Part shown: positions 54,401-63,174 of the stretch, piece by piece
Numbering within the stretch: position 1 is the first letter of the stretch
How the letters are laid out: each line of letters opens with the position of its first letter
NCBI GenBank assembly: GCA_019428855.1
Contig: JAHYJV010000001.1
Span: 14,885-78,884, forward strand
Length of the DNA: 64,000 nucleotides
Origin: Patescibacteria group bacterium
Lineage (GTDB): Bacteria > Patescibacteriota > Minisyncoccia > JAHIHE01 > JAGLIN01
Direction of reading: 5' to 3'
Program-made: the position numbers and the translations under genes
Notes under the pieces: generated by a model
What the model was told of the DNA's origin: nothing
Database searches by the model: none
The model's input: only the letters and a program-made list of their open reading frames with translations

Positions 54401-54481
54401 TTTGAGATTAATGGGAGAAAAGAGGCAATAAAAAAAGACAGACTTGGTTAGAGTGCTGTCAAGCTCTTTTCCAGAATTATT

Positions 54482-54643
54482 CTACAAGGATAATTCTGGA
54501 AGGCTTTCCGACCCGAATGTGAGCCATGATCCAAAACTATACCAATAAGCTCTTTTGTAGCATTTGTGTTTTGCAAAATCTAAACAAACATGAAATTGAA
54601 TAACCGAAGCTACTATTAATCCTAGTACTATTATTTCCTTCAT
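54482..54643 (-). CDS. antisense small protein (53 aa, MKEIIVLGLIVASVIQFHVCLDFAKHKCYKRAYWYSFGSW...)
   Basis: GGAG upstream of ATG; minus-strand terminator GACAG...CTGTC plus T-run at 54430-54460. Confidence 0.5.
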   Translation of the reverse strand: MKEIIVLGLIVASVIQFHVCLDFAKHKCYKRAYWYSFGSWLTFGSESLPELSL

Positions 54644-54737
54644 TTTTCTTTTTCTCCAATTTAACTCTACTTCATCTGAGATAGGTCATAGCTGCTTTAC
54701 TATAACAAAGCAATCTAATACACACATATATATCTTT

Positions 54738-55997
54738 ATGTCAAGACTGCCAATTAAAACTCTCAAACTCGCCATTGTCGGATTAAAGGCGAATATGACT
54801 AGGACAGCCCTTTCGGTGCTGGGTATTGTGATTGGAGTGGCGGCGGTGATTGTGATTGTTTCAGTCGGTCAGGGATTAAAAGTTTTAATTGTCAATCAGA
54901 TTAGTGTGTTTGGAGATAATATGATGAGCGTGCAAGTTAAAATTCCAGGAAGTGATTACAGATCTTCAATGCAATCAATGGTTGAAGGAACGGTGATTAC
55001 CACGCTGAAATATGAGGATGTTGAGGCGGTGAGAGATAAAGAAAGATTTCCCTACATCAAATCGGCTTCTGGTTATGCGGCGGGAATGGATTGGGCAACT
55101 TATCGGGAAAAAGAGAAACAGGTGATGATTATTGCCAGTGATGCCTTTTATCCTGATATTGATGGACAACTCAAAATTGCTACGGGGCGATATTTTTCCA
55201 GTGAAGAAGAAAGGGGTATAGTTAGGGTCGTTGTAATTGGGAGTAAGATTGCTGATGATTTTTTTCGAGGAGAAAATCCAATCGGCAAGCAGATTAAAAT
55301 CAAACAGATTGGTTTCAAAGTAATTGGAGTGATGCAAGAAAGAGGACTTGTGATGACAATGGATTGGGACACAATGGTTTATATCCCTTTAAAAACTTCC
55401 CAAAAACTTATTACCGGAGTTGATCATCTACTTGAGTTTGCCATGGTTATGGAAGATGATCAACATTTTGCACAGGCAGAAGTGGAAATTACGCAGTTGC
55501 TCCGCCAGCGACATAATATTGATGACCCTGCGAAAGATGATTTTGAAATTATGTCAATGGATCAAATAATTAAAATTGTTAATACGGTAACAAGTGTGAT
55601 TTCTCTGTTATTGGGTTTGCTGGCGGCGATTTCATTGATTGTCGGAGGGGTTGGGATTATGAATATTATGTTAGTTATTGTCACAGAAAGAACATGGGAA
55701 ATTGGACTTCGAAAATCAGTCGGTGCCAAGCGAAAGGATATTTTAAATCAATTTGTGACAGAAGCGGTATTGATATCAGTCCTGGGGGGAATTATTGGTA
55801 TAATAGTCGGAATTACAGTTTCTTTTGTTATCACAATTGCTGTCAGGGCATATGGCTTTGACTGGCCGTTTGTCATTTCAATGGAAGCAATAATTATCGC
55901 ATTTTTGACGGCCGCATTTTTTGGGATTGTATTTGGTTGGTATCCAGCGAAAGAAGCTGCAAAATTAAACCCAATAGATGCATTAAGGCAGGAGTAG
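54738..55997 (+). CDS. ABC transporter permease (MacB-like), second paralog
   Basis: GGVGIMNIMLVIVTERTWEIG, YPAKEAA, PIDALR. Confidence 0.95.
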   Translation: MSRLPIKTLKLAIVGLKANMTRTALSVLGIVIGVAAVIVIVSVGQGLKVLIVNQISVFGDNMMSVQVKIPGSDYRSSMQSMVEGTVITTLKYEDVEAVRDKERFPYIKSASGYAAGMDWATYREKEKQVMIIASDAFYPDIDGQLKIATGRYFSSEEERGIVRVVVIGSKIADDFFRGENPIGKQIKIKQIGFKVIGVMQERGLVMTMDWDTMVYIPLKTSQKLITGVDHLLEFAMVMEDDQHFAQAEVEITQLLRQRHNIDDPAKDDFEIMSMDQIIKIVNTVTSVISLLLGLLAAISLIVGGVGIMNIMLVIVTERTWEIGLRKSVGAKRKDILNQFVTEAVLISVLGGIIGIIVGITVSFVITIAVRAYGFDWPFVISMEAIIIAFLTAAFFGIVFGWYPAKEAAKLNPIDALRQE

Positions 55998-56300
55998 AGT
56001 TTTTGGAAGTTTTTTTGGATTTTAGGCTTTAATTATTTTTTAAAAAAAGAAAATATTAATTATATTTAAGAGTAAGAAAGTAGAAGACATCTATTGTAGA
56101 AATGCTAAATGAAATTATTCAATGACAAAAAGAGAAAAAATAAGATAATCAACAAAGTATATTCCCTATAATGCCAAAAATATTTAATATCATGCAAAAC
56201 CAACAATGAAAAAACTAATAATAAAAAATTATAAATTCTAATTTTGACAGTACAAATTTTGACAATCCTGAGTATATCTGATAATATGAAATTACATAAT

Positions 56301-56539
56301 TAAATAGTTAATTTTGATTGAAAGATATTGTTGATAATCTAGATAAAATCATATGTCGTTACTTTATAGCTTTAAAATACAATTAATCGCCTTAATTTAT
56401 ACTAATAATGGTTCTTTACATAAAAGAGACTTTTAGTGAGTCTTTTTAATATTAGTATGGATTAAAAATGATAATACATTTTAAAAAAGGTAGACAAGTA
56501 GATTCTAGATTATACATCGGTATTTGATCGATTGATTTA
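56301..56539 (+). ncRNA. long rod-shaped RNA, candidate 6S RNA
   Basis: At least eight nested complementary blocks; TTGACA(56259)-17-TAATAT promoter; immediately upstream of rny. Confidence 0.55.
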
Positions 56540-56552
56540 GAGGAAATATAAA

Positions 56553-58082
56553 ATGAATGAAATACAAATAATGATTGGTTTGCTTGTAGCTTTTAGTGTG
56601 GGTGCTATGATAGGATATTTAGGTAGGCAGTTTCTGGCAACAAAACAAATGGAAACTGCAGAAGGAAAAGTTAACAAGATTTTAAGTGATGCCAAAAATC
56701 AGGCAGCAGAAATTTCGTTGAATGCCAAAAACAAGGCTGTCAAAATTTTAGATGATGCCAAGAATGAAGAGATGGAAAGAAATAGACAAGTAAATCGAAA
56801 TGAACAAAGGCTGGTAAGTAAGGAAGAAAATTTAGAAAAGGAAAAAATAGAAATTGAGAATCAAAAAGTAATACTTCAGGGAAAGGGCAAACAAATTTTG
56901 AAAATCAAGGATGATATTGAAAATATTAAGCAAGAGCAAATAAAAAAATTAGAAGAAATTGCTGATTTAGATCAAGAAGCTGCTAAACAAATTATTCTTG
57001 AAAAGGTTGAGCAAGTTCACAAAGAAGAAGTGATCAAGAAAATCAAGGATCTTGAAGAAGAAGGTCAAGATGTTCTCAAGGCGAAAGCAAATGATATTAT
57101 TGTGCAGGCTATTCAAAGATATTCTGGAGCACATACAGCTGAAACTACGACTTCAAATGTTTCTTTGCCAAGTGATGAAATGAAAGGAAGAATTATTGGT
57201 CGAGAGGGAAGAAATATAAAAGCCCTAGAACAGGCAACTGGAGTGGAGATTATTATTGATGACACTCCTCAGACAATTATTGTTTCTGGATTTGATCCGA
57301 TTAGAAGGCAGGTTGCTAAGCTGTCGTTGGAAAAACTTATGCTAGATGGCAGGATTCATCCAGCTCGAATCGAAGAGATTGTTGATGAAGTCAAAAAAGA
57401 GATAATTGAGACAGTAAAGCATGCTGGACAGGTTGCTGTTTCAGATGTAGGTGTGGTTGGATTTAATCAAAAACTGGTTCAACTAATTGGAAGATTGAAA
57501 TATAGAACGAGTTATGGTCAAAATGTTTTAATTCATTCAATTGAAGTTGCTCATTTATCAGCGTCTATTGCTTCTGAGCTTGGTGCAAATGTTACAGTTG
57601 CCAGAAAGGCTGGGCTGCTTCATGACATCGGTAAGGCAGTTGACCATGAGATTCAAGGAACTCATGTTGAAATTGGTAGAAATATATTAATTAAATTTGG
57701 AATCTCAGAAGATATTATCAAAGCGATGCAGTCGCATCACGAAGATTTTCCTTTTGAAACGACAGAGTCAGTGATTGTGCGAGTTGCAGATGCAATTTCA
57801 GCTTCTCGTCCTGGTGCTAGAAAAGATTCTCTGGAGAATTATTTGAAGCGCTTGGAAGAGCTTGAAGGTATTGCAAATTCCTTTGAAGAGGTTGAGAAGT
57901 CCTTTGCGATTCAGGCTGGGAGAGAGATTCGTGTGTTTGTGACGCCAGAAAAGATTGATGATTTAGGAGCTGTAAAGATTTCAAAAGATATTGCAAAGAA
58001 AATTGAAGAGACTCTGAATTATCCTGGAGAAATTAAGGTTCATGTTATCAGAGAAACGAGGGCTATCGATTATGCCAGATAA
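56553..58082 (+). CDS. rny: ribonuclease Y
   Basis: N-terminal TM, coiled coil, KH (KGRIIGREGRNI), HD (LLHDIGKA). Confidence 0.97.
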   Translation: MNEIQIMIGLLVAFSVGAMIGYLGRQFLATKQMETAEGKVNKILSDAKNQAAEISLNAKNKAVKILDDAKNEEMERNRQVNRNEQRLVSKEENLEKEKIEIENQKVILQGKGKQILKIKDDIENIKQEQIKKLEEIADLDQEAAKQIILEKVEQVHKEEVIKKIKDLEEEGQDVLKAKANDIIVQAIQRYSGAHTAETTTSNVSLPSDEMKGRIIGREGRNIKALEQATGVEIIIDDTPQTIIVSGFDPIRRQVAKLSLEKLMLDGRIHPARIEEIVDEVKKEIIETVKHAGQVAVSDVGVVGFNQKLVQLIGRLKYRTSYGQNVLIHSIEVAHLSASIASELGANVTVARKAGLLHDIGKAVDHEIQGTHVEIGRNILIKFGISEDIIKAMQSHHEDFPFETTESVIVRVADAISASRPGARKDSLENYLKRLEELEGIANSFEEVEKSFAIQAGREIRVFVTPEKIDDLGAVKISKDIAKKIEETLNYPGEIKVHVIRETRAIDYAR

Positions 58083-58125
58083 TTCAAACTGACTATGCTA
58101 AGAATTAAGTATTAAATATTAAGCA

Positions 58126-58923
58126 ATGAATATTTTATTTTTTGGAGATCTTGTAGGAAGGTCAGCCAGGAACATCTTAAAGCAGATTTTGCCAGAAATG
58201 AAAAAAAAATATAACATTGACCTTACCATTGCTAATGGTGATAATTTAGCACATGGAAAGGGAGTAACGAAAAATACGCTTCAGGAAATAAAAGAGTATG
58301 GGATTGATATTATAACTTGTGGTGATCATACCTGGGATACTTCCCAGGCAATCGAAATATTAAAGAGCAGTGAGTTTAACTTTATCTGTCCAGCAAACTA
58401 TCCCATCTTAGATCTTAAGAAAGGTTATAAAATCATTAAAATTAAGTCTAAGAAGGTTTTAGTTATAAATTTGATTGGCAGGGTTTTTCTAAAAGATCAT
58501 CCTGATTGTCCATTTCGTGCTGTTGATAAAATCCTCAAAGATAATAAAGAAAAATTTGATATAGCGATAGTTGATTTTCATGGCGAGGCGACAAGTGAGA
58601 AAAGAGCTCTTGGTTTATATTTAGACTCAAGAGTTTCTTGTTTTTTGGGAACACATACACACATTCAAACTGCTGATGAGCAAATCTTTCCAGGAGGAAC
58701 AGCCTATATTTCCGATGTTGGAATGGTTGGTCCGAATGATTCTGTTTTGGGCTGTAAAAAAGAATTTGTGATAGAGCAAATGCAAAATCAAACTAAATTT
58801 TGCTATCAAATTAGTGAGGACAAAAATATTTTGATTGGGGCGGTGGTCGTTGAAATTGATGATAAAAAATTAGTAGCAAAAAATATTTTGCGTATAAATG
58901 AGGTTGTAAAAAGTTCTGTTTGA
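58126..58923 (+). CDS. ymdB: YmdB-like metallophosphoesterase
   Basis: GDLVG, DFHGEATSEK, GTHTH, DVGMVG; follows rny. Confidence 0.92.
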   Translation: MNILFFGDLVGRSARNILKQILPEMKKKYNIDLTIANGDNLAHGKGVTKNTLQEIKEYGIDIITCGDHTWDTSQAIEILKSSEFNFICPANYPILDLKKGYKIIKIKSKKVLVINLIGRVFLKDHPDCPFRAVDKILKDNKEKFDIAIVDFHGEATSEKRALGLYLDSRVSCFLGTHTHIQTADEQIFPGGTAYISDVGMVGPNDSVLGCKKEFVIEQMQNQTKFCYQISEDKNILIGAVVVEIDDKKLVAKNILRINEVVKSSV

Positions 58924-59043
58924 AAAAATTTGCCTTATTTCAGCTCTTTGTATATAATGATGATATTAGCTATAATATAAAATATTTTGTTTTTTAAAAG
59001 TATATAAATAATTAAATCCTTATTAAGAAAGGAGGTGTATCAA

Positions 59044-59319
59044 ATGACAAAAGATGAATTAATAGAAGTTGTTTCTGCAAAGACTGATTCTTCAAAAAAA
59101 GACACAGAAAGGACCGTTAATGCAGTTTTAGAGTCAATCACAAAAGCACTCGTTGATGGTGATAAGGTTGCTTTTACAGGTTTTGGAACATTCAGTGTTA
59201 ACAGAAGAGAGGCAAGAACAGGGGTTAATCCTCAACATCCAGAGCAAAAGATTCAAATTCCTGCAATGAATGTACCAAAATTTAAAGCTGGAAAAAGCTT
59301 GAAGGATGCTGTAAAATAA
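59044..59319 (+). CDS. hup: DNA-binding protein HU
   Basis: MTKDELI, GFGTF, RTGVNPQ, PKFKAGKSLKDAV; GGAGG RBS. Confidence 0.96.
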   Translation: MTKDELIEVVSAKTDSSKKDTERTVNAVLESITKALVDGDKVAFTGFGTFSVNRREARTGVNPQHPEQKIQIPAMNVPKFKAGKSLKDAVK

Positions 59320-59331
59320 TTTTTTATGTAA

Positions 59332-59369
59332 AATAAAAATTCCCTAAATTATATTAGGGAATTTTTATT
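59332..59369 (+). terminator. intrinsic terminator after HU
   Basis: AATAAAAATTCCCTAA / TTAGGGAATTTTTATT. Confidence 0.75.
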
Positions 59370-59679
59370 GACATAAGTCTGTTTATTAGAAAAAAGGTTC
59401 TTTGTCAAAATTTGTGGTGGTTAAGCATCGAAGTGGAACAAATGCTGATATAACCTTGGCTATATAATTTTGTCTGAAAGAAATGAGTAATTTAATAGTT
59501 CTTCTGGCTGGAGCGATAGCGGAGTGGAGTTTTACTGAAAACGCCGTGCTGTGAAATTACGGTCAAATTTTAGCTCTCGTAACATTTGACACTCCTGGAA
59601 ATTTGATTGTGCTTAGTTGGGGATTAATATCGGTAAAGATTTAGTAAGTCAAAGAGAGACTACTAATATCCTCTCGTCA

Positions 59680-59803
59680 CTCTAGACAACATTTGAAAAC
59701 AGTTTTTTGATATCATTTTTCACAGGAGTGGTGGGAATTGTTAATTTATCAATATACTTCTTTTATTTTTTCATCTATCCACTATAATAATTAGTGTAGA
59801 GCC
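59680..59803. repeat. GGCTCTACACTAA-ended element, copy 3 (inverted, most complete)
   Basis: CTCTAGAC...GTGTAGAGCC termini form an imperfect IR; body matches the 41610 and 43257 copies. Confidence 0.75.
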
Positions 59804-59844
59804 AAAAGAAATTGAATTTTTTATGTTAGTATTTAATGAAGTTT

Positions 59845-59996
59845 TTTGAATTACGAAATGAGCATTTCTTTTTTTGTCATCCCGAAAGAGCGGTAGCGAC
59901 GAAGGGATCTAAAAGTAAAGCTAGTTTCATTTCCCGTATTTTAAGATCTCTCATATTGTTCGAGATGACAAGAAAACAGCATTTCGTAATTCAAAG
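59845..59996. mobile_element. MITE, core type 2 (inverted relative to 11661-11813)
   Basis: TTTGAATTACGAAAT...ATTTCGTAATTCAAAG perfect TIRs. Confidence 0.88.
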
Positions 59997-60024
59997 GAAG
60001 TTATAAAATTAACTATATTAATGT

Positions 60025-61146
60025 ATGAAAATTGGAATAGATGCTAGAAGTCTTGAGAATTCAAAAACTGGAGTTGGCAGATATCTGTCTAACTTATTGA
60101 AATTTTGGAAGAATGAAAAGAGTATCCAGTTTGTTCTTTATTTTAAGGATCAAATTCCCAAAGAAGAGCTCGCTGATACTGATAATTTTGAAAAAGTGTT
60201 GTTGAAAAATCCACTTGGTTTTTCGAGTAATTTTTTCTTTCAGCATTTTTTGTTGCCCAATCGTCTTAAAAAAGATAAAATTGATTATTTCTTTTCTCCA
60301 TTTTATCTCAAGCCGATTTATTGTCCCGTAAAATCATCTATAGTCCTTCATGATATTTCTTATGAAGCTCATCCAGAGTGGTTTGATTTTAAAAGTCAAT
60401 TTGTCTTAAGAATGCTTTCAAGATATTCTGCTAAAACAGCACAGAGAATATTTACTGTTTCGTTTTATAGTAAAAAGGAGATTATTAAATACTACGGTAC
60501 TGATTCTGAAAAAATTACAGTGACTAATTTAGCTCCCGATGATAGTTTTTCAAAAATTGAGGATTTGGATAAAATAAAAACCATGAAAAAAAAATATGGC
60601 ATTGTAAAGAAATTTATTTTTTGCATTGGAACAATTTTTTCTAGAAGACATATCAGTGAAATTATTGAGGCATTTGAAAAGATTTCGGATAAAAGCTTGG
60701 AATACCAACTTTTAATTGTCGGAAAAAACGTGACGCATCCTTTTGTTGATATTGATAAAAAAATAGAGCTAATCAATCAGAATATTAAAAATAATAGCAT
60801 AATCCATCTTAATTCCGTTTCTGAGCAGGAATTAATGGCTTTGTATAGCTCTTGTGATTTTGTCATTTATCTCTCTGATTATGAGGGATTTGGTTTACCT
60901 GTGATTGAAGCTCAGTTTTTTGGCAAAGCTCTGCTTACAAGCTATAATACATCGTTGATTGAAGTAGGGGGAAATTCAGTTGAATTTGTGAAGGAAAACA
61001 CGACAGAAGAAATTCAGAGATCCATGGAGAAAGTTATTTTTAATGAAGATTACAAGGGCCAGCTAGTGCAAAAGGGTGCTGAGAATTTAAAAAGGTTTAG
61101 TTGGGAGAAGTCTGCAATGGAGACACTGAATAAGTTATTATATTGA
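60025..61146 (+). CDS. glycosyltransferase family 4 (GT-B)
   Basis: MKIGIDAR, TGVGRY, YEGFGLPVIEA motifs. Confidence 0.92.
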   Translation: MKIGIDARSLENSKTGVGRYLSNLLKFWKNEKSIQFVLYFKDQIPKEELADTDNFEKVLLKNPLGFSSNFFFQHFLLPNRLKKDKIDYFFSPFYLKPIYCPVKSSIVLHDISYEAHPEWFDFKSQFVLRMLSRYSAKTAQRIFTVSFYSKKEIIKYYGTDSEKITVTNLAPDDSFSKIEDLDKIKTMKKKYGIVKKFIFCIGTIFSRRHISEIIEAFEKISDKSLEYQLLIVGKNVTHPFVDIDKKIELINQNIKNNSIIHLNSVSEQELMALYSSCDFVIYLSDYEGFGLPVIEAQFFGKALLTSYNTSLIEVGGNSVEFVKENTTEEIQRSMEKVIFNEDYKGQLVQKGAENLKRFSWEKSAMETLNKLLY

Positions 61147-61429
61147 AAATTGACTGATCAAAAGAGAAGAAGCAATGATATGAGCTGTAATTTAAAAAAG
61201 CTAAATTTACGCATTCAAATTGTAAGGGCTTTAAATCTCTCTTATTATTCCGCGCTATAGTCCAGAATTCAAATAAAAAAGAAGGTGTTTGTTCTCTATA
61301 ATTATTATGAAAATTCTCTGTCTTTATTGTGGCGAGGCACTAAGTTTCCAACATGTTTCTTTTTCCTCTTATGTTTTATCATTTTGATAAAATATCTAGC
61401 TTTCATTACTTAATAATACAATTTCAAAA

Positions 61430-63058
61430 ATGTTGACATCCTTGAAAACAATTTTCATCTCAGAATTAATCCTGGTTTTTGCCATGGTTGCGGGAATTAT
61501 TCCTCAGGAATTTTCATATCTTATTTTGTTTTTGCTTTCGGTGAGCTTTCTTAAAATGAAGATGTCGGATTCCTTAAAGCTTTTTATTCTTTCAGTTCCC
61601 TTTTTTGTCGCACTACCGGCTAATGCGTTTTCAGATTCAATGAGTAGCTGGAGGGTTTTAATTCTGGTATTGTTTCTGAAATTATGTTATGAAAAGTTGT
61701 ATGCAAAAAATGTCGGAAAGTCATTTAGTTTTCTACAAATTTTCAAAAAGAGATGTCAGAGAGTTAAAAAGGAACTAAGCTATCTTAATAAAAAAAGTTA
61801 TTATAAATTATTCATATTAGTTTCTGTGTTTCTCTCCTTTACTATTGTATCTTTATTATTTGCTCAGGATATATCAGCGGGAGTGAAAAAGATATTGTTT
61901 TTTGTAAATATTATATTATTATTTCCAATTACATTATATTGCCTAGAGAGCGAGAAAGACTTAATTAATATAATTAAATATTTATTTTATTCGATTTCAA
62001 TTATTCTTTTTTTCGGATATTTTCAGTTTGGATTAACTTTTATTATTCCGTTGCACGATTTTTGGCAGTTCTGGTCGCACAATGTAATAAAGGTTCTATA
62101 TGGCGAAAATCTCAGTGTTTTATTAAGCTATAGTAATACATGGTTCTCTTATTATTCAAACTTACCACCAACATTAAGAATGTTTTCGGTGATGCCTGAT
62201 TCTCACTCATTTGCAATGATAGTTATTATTTCAATCCCATTGTTATTAGTCTTATTGTCTCAAAATATTGTTAGTAAAAGGATTTTGATTTGGACATTGA
62301 TATTGGCAGCATGTTCAATATTTTTTTCTGGAACGAGAGGTATTTGGGTTGGATTGATAATGACTTTATTCGTCGCTATGTCTCCTTTTTTTTCGTATAA
62401 GTTTACGAGAAGAAGACCATATTTAGTAAGAACAAAGAAGCATAATTTAGATAATGTGAATTCAAAAATAATTTTATATTCCATTATTTTATTTTTTATT
62501 GTCGCCCCAATTTCTTTTTTTGTATTAAGACAAAATCAAGAGATGCAATTATATAAAAATGGCGAGAAAATTGTGGTTGATGATAAGTTTAATTTATTTG
62601 AGCGGGTAAGATCAGTAACTGATTTTTCTGAAATCTCAAATAAAGGGAGACTTCAAATTTGGAAGGAAACGGTAGTTTCGATATCAGATAATACTTTTTT
62701 CGGAGTAGGTTATGGAAATTATCCTTTAGTCTTGAATGAAAGTCTGAATAATGTTAAAAGAGGTTCTTCGGCACATAATATATATTTGGACATTGCAGCG
62801 GAATTAGGAATTTTTGCATTACTGGTATTTATATTGTTAATTGTTGAAGTCTTGAGTGTTTGCCATCGTCTTTTCAAGACTCTCTCAAATGATTATTTAA
62901 AAACATTTGCAGGATCATTTTTTATCTATTTCTTCTGGATATCTGCATATGGACTTTTTGATGTTGTTATTTTCAATGACAAGGTTTTGATGTATCTTGT
63001 GGTTGTGATCGGTTTGGTTTATTTTGTACTGGAAAATCAGAAAAAACTAGAATTGTAG
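61430..63058 (+). CDS. O-antigen ligase/polymerase family membrane protein
   Basis: Multi-TM, SGTRG, GRLQIW, GVGYGNY, AHNIYL..AAELGI motifs. Confidence 0.9.
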   Translation: MLTSLKTIFISELILVFAMVAGIIPQEFSYLILFLLSVSFLKMKMSDSLKLFILSVPFFVALPANAFSDSMSSWRVLILVLFLKLCYEKLYAKNVGKSFSFLQIFKKRCQRVKKELSYLNKKSYYKLFILVSVFLSFTIVSLLFAQDISAGVKKILFFVNIILLFPITLYCLESEKDLINIIKYLFYSISIILFFGYFQFGLTFIIPLHDFWQFWSHNVIKVLYGENLSVLLSYSNTWFSYYSNLPPTLRMFSVMPDSHSFAMIVIISIPLLLVLLSQNIVSKRILIWTLILAACSIFFSGTRGIWVGLIMTLFVAMSPFFSYKFTRRRPYLVRTKKHNLDNVNSKIILYSIILFFIVAPISFFVLRQNQEMQLYKNGEKIVVDDKFNLFERVRSVTDFSEISNKGRLQIWKETVVSISDNTFFGVGYGNYPLVLNESLNNVKRGSSAHNIYLDIAAELGIFALLVFILLIVEVLSVCHRLFKTLSNDYLKTFAGSFFIYFFWISAYGLFDVVIFNDKVLMYLVVVIGLVYFVLENQKKLEL

Positions 63059-63174
63059 GTAAGAGATTATTATCATTTTTCTATTTCAGCTTTACACTGT
63101 TTTGCTCACTATTTACAAAAATGAGAAAAAATGCGAAAATGAATGCATATGAAATTAATTAAAGTTTAATAATT

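Noticed and set aside
59400-59680. Possible gene between HU and the repeats (similar cases at 36780-37020 and 61150-61380)
   Set aside because: Multiple stops in the frames I read and no recognisable motif; at most heavily decayed remnants.
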